Shown here piece by piece: positions 47,094-60,351 of a stretch of DNA of 64,000 nt. Both the position numbers and the translations under genes were made by a program. The notes under the pieces are model-generated. The model saw nothing but the letters and a program-made list of their open reading frames with translations, was not told the DNA's origin and did no database searches. The number at the start of each line of letters is the position of its first letter. Within the stretch, counting starts at the first letter, position 1. Origin of the DNA: Daphnia carinata (lineage: Eukaryota); assembly GCF_022539665.2 (NCBI RefSeq), contig NC_081333.1, positions 8,680,001 to 8,744,000 of the forward strand, read 5' to 3'.

Positions 47094-48667
47094 ATGGCGC
47101 TTTATGTATATTCCAAAAGCCGCGTTGATGTTTGTATCCCATTCGCCGAAAAAGAGGAAGACTGTACTGTGTATGTCATAAAAGTAACTGTAGGTGAAGT
47201 TTGGTGGTTGGTGAAACAACGATACAAAAACTTCGACTCGCTTCATCAACAACTAGTTCTTAATCATGGTATCCGAAAAGATCTTTTACCAGCCAAAAAA
47301 ATACTTGGCAACAAGGATCCAGAATTTATTGAGAGAAGACGTGCAGATCTGGAAATTTACCTGAAAAAAATTGTTCAGTTCCTTGAAAAAGCCCTACCTC
47401 TAGAGGTGTGTTCTTTTTTTGAGTTTGAAGAATATGAAGTGTATTCGCTAGTCAGGAAAATGGCCTCAGAGCTTTACATTAATGGAGAAACAAAAATTTT
47501 GTCTGGGAAAACCATATCAATGAATCCCTTACAGGTAAAGCTGAAACCCAGTAAATCAAACTGCTGGAGCACTAGCTAAAGTATTTAAACATATTCTTTT
47601 TTTGCCAGCTACATGCTGTAACACAGAAAATACAGTTACCTCGCTCTCCAGTTGAACAGCTAAATCGAGAGCAAGATTTTGCTCACGTCTTGGACTTTCT
47701 GGCCAATATTGAATCTCTTGAAATCGTCGGCAATCGGGATTTCTACAGAAACAGCAATTTAATTTTAAATAGTCTCCCATATGATCTCTCAGCTTTTAAA
47801 AGCCTAAAGCATTTGTGTTTTAACGGTGCCAACGTCAGCAGCCTCATGTGTGCGCGAAGCTTAAGGAATAATCTGGAAACCCTTTCGGCACATTCGTGCG
47901 GACTGAAAACAGTTATAGAAGTGCTCGTTTGTGACAGCGTCCACAAAAATCTTGAGGTCAAGGTACGTCGTACATAATTCGGAAACTGGCACCTAACTTT
48001 CGCAGATCTTTCTAATCTTTTTCTCTGTTAGTTTAGATTGATAGTCCGTACGTGTGGCGCGAGTTAATTTCACTTGATCTCTCCGAAAACAATTTGACAG
48101 AAGTCAGTCCTGCAGCTGTCTGTTTGGTTCCCAAACTACGCCGACTATGGCTGAATTGCAATGCCCTTGAAACAGTTGCCAACCTGTCAAGTTTATCTGC
48201 ACTCGAGGCGTTGAATCTGTCAAATAACAGAATTCGCCAAGTACCGAATCTCCACACCAAACTGGGCAACGTAAAATCACTTTTCCTTGCTCAGAACCGC
48301 CTAAGTAGCCTAGACGGACTGGGAAAACTCTACGGTTTAGTGACGCTAGACGTACGTTCTAACAAAATTGCCGACTTGGAGACAATTCGCCCTGTGGCCG
48401 CTTTGCCTTGTCTGGAGGAGCTAACTTTAACTGGAAATCCCGTGACGACCGTCTTAGATTTTCGCACCAAAGTTCTCACGATGTTTGGTAGCAAATCAAA
48501 CATTAGATTGACCTAAATGGCTAAATGGTAATGTATTTTTTTCCCTCTCAGGAACCCGTGCCGGTGAAATCAATCTGGATAATGAAAAAGCTATGCAAAA
48601 AGAGCTGGACACTGTGGCCGTGCTCCTTGCTCTATCAAACTCAGCCAAAAAAATGGTTCTCAAATGA
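47094..48667 (+). CDS. NISCH: Nischarin-like PX + leucine-rich-repeat protein (short form), 4 exons
   Basis: PX domain TVYVIKV..VKQRYKNFDSLHQQL..LLPAKKILG..FIERRRADLEIYL; LRRs; ends EINLDNEKAMQKELDTVAVL, similar to the nischarin KELDTVEVL motif. Confidence 0.82.
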
Positions 48668-48987
48668 TGCAGCATTTTTTTATTATCAAAATAACAGCCT
48701 AACTTTAAAAGTTAAAGTCATACGTGATGATTCTCCTTATATATGTATTATTCACCTTTGAGTACCGACACCTGATTTTCCCTGACCTTTCTGTGATGCC
48801 CCCCCGCTTAGACATCTAATGGTTCAATCTGTCCAGAGTTTCCTTGCAACTCTTAAAAATGATCCTACTACGATAAGAACCCCTGATAAAGCTAGACTGT
48901 ATATTCGTTACTCACTTCTATGTAGCCGTTTGTTGAATACATTCACAGCAATTGTTTGCGAATTATTTCAGCACAGTTAAATTATAT

Positions 48988-49926
48988 TTAGTGAAAGGTA
49001 TAGTCTTTCTGCATTCGAAAACGAATGGACATTTGCTCAATTCTTCTTAAAATATTCACGTCTCTTAGGGAAACGTCTATTTTATCAACTGATGGATCGA
49101 CCACTGTCCCGTTGACCGCCCTTACGCATTTCATTTCACCTTTAATCGCAGAGCTTTTGGCAAGCACCGCCTGACATTCTTGACGAATATTTGCATACAT
49201 ATAGAATAGTTCCATAGTAGGAAGTTGGAAGATCTGAATAGTTTTTGTCCCTTCAAAGAGCGCAAGAGAGAAGTTTCTCCTCTACATTCCTATAGGGCAC
49301 GAGATCTAACCTTTAAGTACGCGGTCCCAGGATGTTTTAACCCGTTTCACAGATCTGCTAACTTCTTGTGTAGCCAAAGTTGACGAGTCCACCACGAATC
49401 GCAAGGCTAAAAATACTTGCTGGTGTTTCCCTTCGTTGATGCGACAACTTCCAGTAAAGCTGCAAAGGTTCGCCATCATCAAATCGTTTATGCAAAGACG
49501 ATTTTATCAATGGATAGCAAGAAGAACGATCTCTTATACGGCGAAGTACATTATGCAGTTTTCTATCGCACCGGCGACATCCAATGTCGTCCTTTTCGCA
49601 TTACGAGCAACGATCCTATTCAACTATTTTTCTTAACATTTTTCTTTAAAGCGAGAAAGACTGGGATAACTTTTCAATCTGGTCCAACGCGTCGCTATTC
49701 ACCGGAAGAAATTATTAAGATCCGATTCGAATTGGAAGCTGACGCCGCGTTAATGCGGAATGAAAGATTCTTTTTTTTTTCCTGAAAATTAATAGCCCAT
49801 GTGTGTGTTCTGTCGATCAAACCGCTCTATCAATGGAAAAAGTTCTTTCGGCTCATGGCTATTGAATCGCTTAGAAACCCAATTCATTTGTAAAAGCCTT
49901 TCAATTTCTTCCAGCACATCAAGCAT
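48988..49926 (-). other. Unresolved exon-like segments (possible orphan gene or pseudogene)
   Basis: Minus-strand open blocks bounded by AG/GT, e.g. MLDVLEEIERLLQMNWVSKRFNSHEPKELFPLIE and FTGSCRINEGKHQQVFLALRFVVDSS..; no consistent full model and no homology recognised. Confidence 0.25.
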
Positions 49927-51213
49927 ACAGATATTTACTATACGTATAGTATATCGTTCGCATTTCCTGACACTATTAAATCCCCCCTTTTCATTTTTTT
50001 GTTTTAGACATTACATAACTTTGAGTTAGGAAAAAGAAGGAAGATTTAAAACAAAATGTAAAATAAAATCTTTTTTGTGTCAGGCACTCAAATAAAAGTA
50101 GAAGTGGGGACCTTTTGATGTACGCCTTTTGCGTTGACAGTGGGACCAATAAATGAACGACATCACTATAATGAGCAAAATGTCTCCAAAGTGTTTCAGG
50201 TGCCTATTCTTTGCTTAGTTCTGTCTCTTTCCTCTTTAGCTAATCAATGGGCCGGGAGAATAACGGCAGTCGTTAACAGCCGTTCCGTCTGTAAGGTAAC
50301 CGGAACCCTTGAGCATTCAACTAAAAAAAAAAGGGCTGGGCACAGAAAACGAAAAGGAGTGCCGGAAGGCCTGCTGCTCTGTTCGCTGGAGCAAGACGTT
50401 TAGCAGCAGAAGAACTCGAGTGTACATTAGGAAAAGAGCAGATGTTAGAGCATCACACGCTGGCTATACTCTATCCGTGACATTTAGAGGCACAACGCAT
50501 ATCGAACGCCAAACGCCAGAGGGTTGCAGCATCCATTATGTCGATTGGAAACGAAGAAGGAAGACATCAATCATTTGGAAGTTGGCCGTAGATGTACACA
50601 AAAATGGTCTACAATGAGCCTACTGCCTATACACCATGACCGACAGACAAGCTGAAATGGCAAGTATTGGCCCCCTTCTTTTCAATTCGATCGTTTTTCT
50701 CTATCATTTTCTCATCCATTCACTACGTAATGATGCTTTCTTTTTCTGCTGTTGTTTCCTACATCACTATCAAACCTATATTTTACAGTTCTTTGTTTTA
50801 ACAATGACATCAGATAAAAATAGCGTTTCTCTTATGTAACGATTGCAGGATGCGCAGTCTTGAAAATTGGATCGGTAGATCTACGAGAAAAAAACAAAAT
50901 GTAATTTGACAAAAGATGCTATTAAATTAACTTGGAAGGCAACTAGGAAGGGACTGCTTCTTCGGCTAATGGATGTGTAAGACGAACGAGTAATAGCTGA
51001 AGCGCATCTGCGAAGCCACCAGCACCTCTATGGTAACTACATCCTCGCAGTCTGGAGGCTTTTGGGTGCGAACGGATTCCGCCTTTTATCTACAGTACAT
51101 TTCTAGTCAGGCAAGTTGCTTGCTTTTTTTTCTTCTTACGATTGCCTGAACCTTCAGCCCTAAAAAACAGAGTGGGTCTTCTAATAATGCAACTAATGCT
51201 CTCTCTTTCTCTT

Positions 51214-51237
51214 TATATATATATATATATATATATA
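51214..51237. repeat. (TA)n microsatellite
   Basis: Direct reading. Confidence 0.9.
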
Positions 51238-52791
51238 TCTCATAAATAAATTCCCTCTTTTTTTTTTTACTCCGACTAGATGATATTATAAAAGACACCC
51301 CGGCCAGCGGCATGTTTCCTCCTAATTGGTCATCACTACCGTCATAACACAGAGCACTAGATATATCTAGAGGCCACATTGTTATTAGATGTCATGTCGT
51401 ATACACAACATACACACACACACTGCCTCTATAGAATATGATGTCTTATTCCTTTAGTTTTTGTTACTCTCTTGCCCCAACGAGTAGACCGCCATAGCAC
51501 AACGGACTGTACGGGAAATGATTGACGTCCCAATCACCGTCTTTTCCACTTTATCACGAATTGATGATGATTAAATTGGGCGAGGGCAAAAAAAAGAGAA
51601 GATATTGTGCACAGCCCGTTTGATGAGAACCAAACGACTTCCCCATGTTCTACTCCTAGACACTGATTACCCTCATAGACGGCGCTAGGCATCTCTGTTT
51701 ACTAACGGCAGTCTCGGAGACGAGCCACAATCATCAGAAAACGACAATCATTCCGTAGAAAAGCGCATTTCTATTGAATTTGTACTAAAAAGTCTATTAG
51801 AGAATCCAAGGCAGACGATTGATGATGAAGTTTGGAAGACACCACATTCATAAACCCTGGCAAACAGTTTGTCACAAAGAGGCACATTGCCAGAAAGAAA
51901 AAAAGAAAAGGGGGGATTGCGAGAAAAGATCAAAAGGCTACATGAGAAATCAAAATGGCATCTTAATAACAGGAACGCTTTGCAATTCCCGCGTCTTTGC
52001 ACATACGGATGACTACTAGAAGAGTAAATAGAAAAGAGCAGCGTTGAAATTGTGCAACTTTCCAAGAGACAGACTTTACGAGTTGCATTTAGTGGCGTTA
52101 AACCTACAACACAAATCAAAAGCAAAAAGCAATAACCCAGAGAAGTTGGGACCGTCTTTTGTCACATCCCGAGATGGCCCTGTCAAGCCGTTTAAAGAGA
52201 AAAATGACTGAAGAATGTAGTCATACGTAATAGTTTGAAGAGGGAAAAAAAAATAAAGTCACGATTAAATCATCCTGACTCATTCATTTTCCTCGGGTTG
52301 CAGTGTTTAAGTGAACGCATTACAGACGGACGTCCTTGACTCTGTTAACGGGATGTGCAACGGCGCTTCCAGACGCGGATTATTCAAATAGACTCAGACA
52401 TCTCTGGGTCGACGTGATCTATTCGAATCTAGTTGTCGACTGCACTTTCTGCTTCTTGTTTTTTTTTTATTCTTCCCTTCTTTCTTTCCCACTGACTGGC
52501 GCAAAAAAAAAAGAAAAAGCAAAGGGGTGAGAAAAAGCCAACACTTTGTCATTGATGCTTGCCTTTTATTAAACTGCTCGGGTTTTTTCAAGAAAAACTG
52601 CCAGAAATGCAAAGATATGCGACGGATTTGAACGAGCGCCTCTCCCGTTTTATTTGACATCAGCAACAAAAAGGAACCCGAAATATTTCCTTCCCTTTTT
52701 TATTATTACTATTGCCAATAAATCCGCTAAAACATGCGAGTTTCGTGTGCATTTCACCTGATTGAAAAATAAAGAAATAAAAGTTAACGAT

Positions 52792-52811
52792 ACACACACA
52801 CACACACACAC
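52792..52811. repeat. (AC)n microsatellite
   Basis: Direct reading. Confidence 0.85.
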
Positions 52812-55800
52812 ATCGGTAAATAAATTTCGGTTTTTTTAACGACATGATACGCTTACATTCCCATACGAAACGAACGCTCTGATGGCAATCAATTTGATGT
52901 TGGCGGGAGCGGCGAAGCGTGTCGATCCTTTCCAAGCCTGCCTTTCCCACCACCTCAAAATCGAGAACACGAAGCAATCAAACGCAGAGGGGCTTATAGC
53001 GACACTTCCAAGATACAAGCAATACTTAAGCGCAACGATTTACGTAAAAATATAAAATACTGCGCCTGCTGCATTTCATTCTACGCAAGACCTTCGCTAT
53101 TTTTTTTGGGGTGGGTATTATTATTGCATCTAACAAAAAAAATATATACAAAGAGCTTAAACGCGTGCACAGTTTCAATCACAGCGCCGATGATTGTTGC
53201 GCAATTTCCGCTCTTTACATGTAGACGCGTAAGCTACACGCATTGCAATATATATTGCGGTTTTCTCTTTTGCCTCAAATGTTTGTTTCTTTTTTTGCCT
53301 TTACACGATAGGGAAAAGAAAAGCAAAAGCGGATAGTGCCGGAGAAACAAAGTCTTCGGGGGTATACCCCGTCAACGATATTCCGCTGCAAGTTCTTTTG
53401 AAGTCCGCGCGCTCCGAAAAACACTCTTTCAATTGAAAGCGATGATGAAAATGCAGGGCGTATAGTTTACACACGTACTGCATACCATGCCTCCTTCACC
53501 GCCTTCCCCCCAAAAAATATACAACCAGAAAGAAAAAAAAAGAGCTTTATAAGTATATATACAGTAAGGTTTTTTTTATAATATTGGTTTCCTTTCAGGC
53601 ATCACGAAACCTGCCCTTCAATGATTTCGGCTCAATTGCTTTTTTCTCTCCCTTTCTCTCACGATAAAGCAGATATTGTTTAGGTGGCGTTTCAATCGTC
53701 TTAGTCTTCTATTACTGGTTTTTAATCCGCAATTGGAAAAAGACAAGTGGCAAATATGGTATCGGCTTCAAAAGTTCGATTATATCAAAGATAAACGCGA
53801 AATTCAAGTGAAATGTACTTCGAATTATCGCGACGAACCAGCGTTTTCAATATTAGCATATCGATAAAAGTATTTTTAGTTAGAGACGATGATGGAAAAA
53901 AAGGGGAGGGGGGGGAAAGAAATGCTCAAAATGATAACGAAGGAGTGCGATTCTGATGCTGCGGCATATAACACCAAGAGCTCCGGATTCTGGTTGGATG
54001 CTACACGACTAGTGCCTATAAAAAGGGAAGACCTCAACCGATCAGACACCCAGTTGTTGCCCGACTTTGGCACGGGAGAAGTCTAGAGAATCGAGACAGA
54101 GACGGACGTTGAAGACGAGCGCGTGCGCGTCTAGAACTTTAAAGAAACTTGGCTATTCTTCCAACACATCATTTAACTGGCGTAGTATTTCAGTCATTCA
54201 TCTGCGAGTGCTAAGAATTTGCTTCTCACTTATCACAAGGACACTACTGAAATGGGTAAGCTCCGCATTTATTTGAATTGTAGAGACTGACCGATTCCGT
54301 TGCATTGACGTCATCATAAGTACACACACACTAAAACGGATAGGGGAAAAAAATCTACAAGAAAAACAAAAATAAGAAAGTGTCAGCAATAACACCGGGA
54401 ATAGTTTTTTTTATATAGCTGATCTCGCTTTTTTCGTACCCTGCGACTTATAGATGCTGAATTATTCTCATTGGCTTTTTGCTGTTTGTTGTTCTTGCTT
54501 TTGTGCTCTTCCTTTTGGCTTTGTGTCGAGCCAACTGACTATTAGAATATTCAGTTGTTTCGCGCCGACCGTATCGAACGCCAGAGCAAAACTAGTCAGA
54601 ATAGAGTAGGATGTAACCCAGTTGTTCAGTGCGTCGGCAGTCGACGACACGCGTGAAAAAAGCGGAAGGCGAAAGAAAAAAAACAGTGGCACAAGAGAAA
54701 GGCAGTTCTGGGAAAGGAAACGATGTCTACTTCGAAACAGTGTCAAACAATTCATTAATCGAGAAGTTCTTTTCTGAAAAATGAACGCGAAACTAAGACA
54801 TCATGCGCAAAAGCGATCTCTACCGCACTTTTCTTCGTAAAAAGAACTCTGCGCTCTTTTTCGTTAAACAAATTTAAGATGAAAATATAAAACAGAAATC
54901 AGCCATCAGGCTTTTGAAATAAATGCGTGAACACGAGTACGCATATCGTATATAGAGCACAATTACACCTCCTGGAAGATCTACAGATTTGACGGTGAGC
55001 AGAGCTGAATGCAAAATGGCATGTGCAATACTACTCATTTTGTACTTTTTTTTGGCGCATTGTACTTTTCACGTTTCCTTTTATTCCCCCCTCCTCTTTT
55101 TTTATTTATTTATTTTACAATGATAGCACCACCTCGTGTATACCCCTTTCTACACTTGGACGGATGCAATTCGATTTGTTCCACACGCGAAACGTACAGG
55201 GCAGGTACCGGGATCACATTTTCATCGTGTAAAAAGAAAGCTTCTCTTTCGTTCTAACTCAAAACACTCTCTATCTCTCTCTCGCCATTTGGATGACAAC
55301 ATCCCGTCGGTCGATCGATGTGGCTAGCGCTCAGCACGTTTGCTTTTCGCCGCAAAAACAACCAAGAAATAAGAAAACAAACATACAGAAAAAGATAAAA
55401 GAAATAAGCTAGAGCGCCCGAGACGTACACACAGTGTGTAAGAAGTCAGCAAGTGAGACGGGCTAGCTTGCTTTTTTTTTTTAGACTTCTCATGCGTTCC
55501 CCCTTGTAGGCTACTTTTCTCTCATGTTTTGGCTCTGAAATCTGGCCATCGTAGCGGATCTACGATATCATCTTACAGCCGCCGTTCGATTCGACGAGTT
55601 ATTTCCTTCTTGCAAACTGCACGAAAAGAGGGAAGTCGGCCAACAGAGGCAAACCCAAAAAAAGAAAAAAAAGAAAAGAAAATCGAACTCGAATGTCTGT
55701 TGGGCCCGAAGGGGGCGATGAAACACGCCCAACGTCTTCCAAATTCTACATCTACACGCACCTAATACGCATTCTGCCTCTTCATTTGTTCCCTATTTCT

Positions 55801-57806
55801 TTCTATACAAACCCGAGGGCTTTAAAAAAAGAACCCCATTCCAAATAAACGCCAATATTTTATAAATGCAAAATTTGATGAATTTTCATCATCCTCTCTT
55901 TCATCTCGATTGCACGTTTCCTCTACGCTTTCAATCGGGATATAAAGATTTACGCTAACGCCGTCGGTCCTTTGAAAATCCATTTAACGACTCGTCATGT
56001 TATATACCTTATTATATTTCTACGTTACGCACAGGTAGATATGATTCCCTTGTTATACTAGGAATTGTCCTTTGTCCGAGAGATATGTGTTTGCTTATTA
56101 TTTTTTTTTAACATCCAAGAATTGAAAAAAGAATAATTCGAAGATGAAAATACGTTCCTTTCATCGATTTTTCCATCTTTATTCTTTTACTTCGCCGACG
56201 TATTATTGCGCTGAGGTTATACTCGAAGCGACGTTTGCTCGCATACATATTCTTACCTACGCCTTCGCGTATGCAAATTCTGCCGAATAAGACCCCAGCT
56301 CCTTTCTGCCAAGTTATTCATCCCGTGCCCAAAACTTATTCTACTCTCGAAACTTTGAGCCAAGATTATATTTTAAAAATAAAAAGATTGACAAGATTTA
56401 TTTCGTTTTCATTTGCCCTTGTGTTTCTCCATCACCTTGTACCTTACCCGCCATTTATTTAGCACCCTCCAGCCTCTCTCCCCCCCCCCCCAATTGCTTT
56501 TCCGCTTGCGCCCGTTTTCCCTTCTTTCTTTCAACTCGAGGGATCCAACGTTCCAGACGCTCGAACAAACTGTGAGCAGAACGATGAAAGGCAAACAAAG
56601 GGTAGCCGCTAAATCATTGTATATGGATACATCCGTTGAAAAGGAAAGGCGAATACAATAATTTTTTTTTTGGCTGAAAAACTCGTGAGGCTTTTAAATT
56701 CAAAAGGCTAACAAGGCTAATGAACGCCGAGAGTCTACTTTTTTTTACGTGGCATTTCGGATACGAAAGAGCAAAGTGTATGGAACAATGGCGGTGCATT
56801 ATAAAATGGAATTTGATGGGTCGATAAATGAGATCTTTCCGGAACGTAGCAAAAGAGAAGCATAGTTTTTTCAGAGTGGGAACGTTCTCTGGTTGTCTAT
56901 TGATGGTGAACACACGGCAGTGACAAAGTGGGGGCGAAAGCTCTTTAAAAAGGAAAGTTTCTAGTATCATCACTTATGTAAACAAGTGTTCTCGTATGCG
57001 CATTTCTTAAACGAAATCATCCAAAAGAGCGTTTAAAGAAAGAGCGAAATTCTTTGGACTCACCATTTTGCGCTCCAGTCGTCGGATGCTCCATTAGAGG
57101 CCAATGGCCTATGCGTACCATCGCCCGTGTTCCATCAATTTGCATACGTCCTTCTGTTTGAGAAAAAACAAAATTGAGTTAGCATGCTTCCGAATTAAAC
57201 GCAACAAGCTTATTTCAAATTGTTATCAAATGGAAATTGAAAAATTGATTGAAAAAAATTGCAAAAACTGTAGGTCCCTTAAAATCGTTCAGAATTTGTG
57301 ATGATCCAAACAAAGTGGACGTCGACAATAAGGAACCAAATGTAAAAGGGGGAATAAAAAAAAGGACTCGCCAACTAACAATAAAAGAAAATAAGATGTC
57401 GATCTTTTTGTTGTGTCCACCGTTTCGTCCCCGCCTCCCGCACACAAATCAACAATCAATTTCGATCGCGACCGACAACAGTAAACCGATTTCAGTCATT
57501 TCACATCGGTCGATTTGGTCTCCCTGCCGAAACGATGACGTCAATACACTAGGACCGTCAGTAAAAAAATGATTGTATAACAACGACTACCATGTTGTTC
57601 TCTGCCTCTCTACGCACACTTGCCAATCTTCTTCTTTCTGTTACATTTCCTTTCTTCCTTTTCTGAAAGGGGAGACCATCTCTTTCTCTCGATTCTATAT
57701 ACAGTTTATCGTCGTCCGTCGTTACGATGGCCACCTCTCACGACTAGATAGAGCTCTCCTTTTTTTGTCCCCCCTGTTAGATTATATTGCTACACGTCTA
57801 AGTCTT

Positions 57807-57832
57807 TATATATATATATATATATATATATA
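57807..57832. repeat. (TA)n microsatellite
   Basis: Direct reading. Confidence 0.9.
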
Positions 57833-58165
57833 TTTGCAACTCCTCTGCGTCGATGTCCTTGGTCTCGGGAGTTCTATCCTGGCTACTACAATCCCGTCGG
57901 CTTTGGCCAGCAGCACAGGAGCGCTATATAACACGCGATATTATTTTCCAAAAAAGAAAAAAAAACTGCTTTCTATCCCTGATTTGAAAAATGGCTGGCC
58001 CTGTAATGGTTTAAAAAAAAAAAGGGAGAGAAATAAACACTCTTTCCATCTTTTCCATTCGTCCTTAAATAAAATATAAAAAGCGGGGAAATAAAGCACT
58101 GGCCACATACAAATATGATGGAGAAATGGTGAATTCACGACCGTATCCGAGAGTGCTCAAGCTCT

Positions 58166-58169
<4 letters not shown>

Positions 58170-58212
<43 letters not shown>
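58170..58212. repeat. (CT)n microsatellite
   Basis: Direct reading, about 21 units. Confidence 0.92.
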
Positions 58213-58214
<2 letters not shown>

Positions 58215-59328
58215 GCCCCTTTTTTCATTCGTTTCGTGTTAGCTCAATCCGTTACATGCAGCTGGCGTTGCTACAACATACTCGACCGAGATTCATTTTC
58301 TCTCCCTATTTTTTTTTTTTACTTTCCTCACATGGCTTAAACACACACATAGACCGCTTACGTATTCGTATACTGATGTAAAGAAAAGAAGGACGTCGTG
58401 GCAAAGTGCTTGAAGCATCGTAATGATTAGAGCAGAAGAAGATGAAAGCCGGGCACGTGTGGCAGAGCCACAATCCTCGGAGACTCTCGGTTGCCTGTGT
58501 ATTAGGAAAATTTCGTAGGTCTTTACAGAATACTCTCGCTGCACTCATATTCATCAATCAGCATTCACATATTGTATCGCCGCCTTTCGCTCCAAACTCT
58601 GTGTATACATTTAAGCTCCCTATCTCTACGCACAGGACCGGCCCCCCTTTGTAATAATCCAAACAATCGATGGCGGCTGAATTCCGTCTGATATTCTTAG
58701 CTTTACAAATCTAGCAAACTCTATACAGATTATTTTCGTGAAATATGTATAGAACAGTCTTGTTACGATAAAAAAAAAATGAGGCTCGTCAAATATTTTG
58801 AACCATCATTTTCTCTCGGTGCTTCGCTACTATTATATCTACGCAACACCCAGCTAGCAGCGATAACGATGAGTGATGACTTCTTGTTGCTCTGGTGACA
58901 CGCTGAGATTATTTGCTTCGTAACCGATGACAACCTTCGATGCTTTTCATTTCTTCCTACGCCCTTTTTCGCCATTTGACGTGGTAATCGTCTCGTTCGA
59001 TTCGATTCGGCTTCGCCACGCGTGTCACACGTTCCCTCTTTGTTTTTTCTCCATTCTTTTTGTTATTCGGCAGCAGCTATGATAATCATGGATCAACCCG
59101 AATAAACGTGCCTTTTGTTTATTTTTTTTCGCATGACGAATGACATCGCGCTTTAAAAAAAACGGGGGGCTTAACGAGAATTTTCTCTTTCCTTTTTTTC
59201 TCTTCAGGTTCGAATGACGGCATTTGATTGATCGTCTGAATATTAATCGAGACACGGCTGGCGTGCAAAGATACCCCCACACGAAAATTAAGAATTGGCA
59301 ACATTTCTTTTCGTTTTTGAAACGAAAC

Positions 59329-60351
59329 ATGGCGGATGGGCTGGTTCATTGGATCGTCTTGGCCTTTTGTCTGACGCGCTTGTCTGGCGAAATTCAAGCC
59401 TTCGATGAAATAATGACTAGCCAGCAAGAAAAACACGGTGACAAATTGGAGACAGCCACGACGACGGGAGTCAACATTGGCCGTGTCGACATCCTACCCA
59501 CGTCGTCGACTACGCGAGAAGGAACAACAACAAAGTCTCACAATTTGATGGCGTTGCTCAACCCCTCTTCGACGACATGGGCCCGTAGCGACGAGACGGC
59601 CGGTCCAACAGCGCAAACTGTAATTGTCTCAGTGACGGGCGCGGCCGTCACGGCGACTTTGAATGGCACTGAATTGGCAGACGCAACGCAATGGACGCCC
59701 ATTGCCACGCAACTGCCATCGACGACCAAAAGCATCACATCATCCGAAATGACGGCGACTGTGCGGACGTATGCGGATGCCGAATCTTCCGCAGAATCGT
59801 TCGACAGCGCCGAATTTTTATCTTCTACCCCATTTCCAGTGACGACTTCCGTTTCAAAATTGGCGCCCTTCCCAACTTTGCCCAGCCGACCTTCAACGGC
59901 CGACGCTAAAAACAACAATGTTCTTCCATCGGCTACGCTCTCTCCATTTTGGCCTTGGATGCTGTTCATTATCAACGGCAATGCAACGGTGGCTAACCGC
60001 CGACAGCGCGACCTGGGCACCTACCTCCGTCTCAACCTGGCCGCTCGTCTCGACGCCGATTACAACGTCAGTAATTTGATTTAAAAGTATAACGCAACGG
60101 CCTAAGAACGCATTTCGATTATGACGACGTATTTTGCAACGCATACAGGACGTGGCCATCAACCGGATTCTGCTGACGCCGCAAGCCATTTTGGCCAACA
60201 TCAGCGTCGAGCCTTCGCATCTCGTCTACGGCGGAACGGGAGCCGCCGGGCTGGAGGCTCTCGGACAAGGCAATGTCACCCTGCTCGAGCTCTCCGGTCA
60301 CGAATTCCAAGTCGATCGCATCATCCGCTTCGACGAGATCGTCGACCAAAG
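59329..60351 (+). CDS. 5' exons of a secreted/membrane protein: signal peptide, Thr/Ser-rich mucin-like stalk, SEA-like globular domain; no later exon found in the window
   Basis: MADGLVHWIVLAFCLTRLSGEIQA; Thr-rich region; exon 59329-60066 splices in frame (gtcagt..atacag) to 60149-60351, DVAINRILLTPQAILANISV..LLELSGHEFQVDRIIRF; donor at 60352. Confidence 0.75.

Noticed and set aside
50000..59200. Numerous 60-170 aa ORFs
   Set aside because: Low-complexity Phe/Lys-rich translations of poly-T/A tracts and microsatellites, with no motifs or coherent splice structure.
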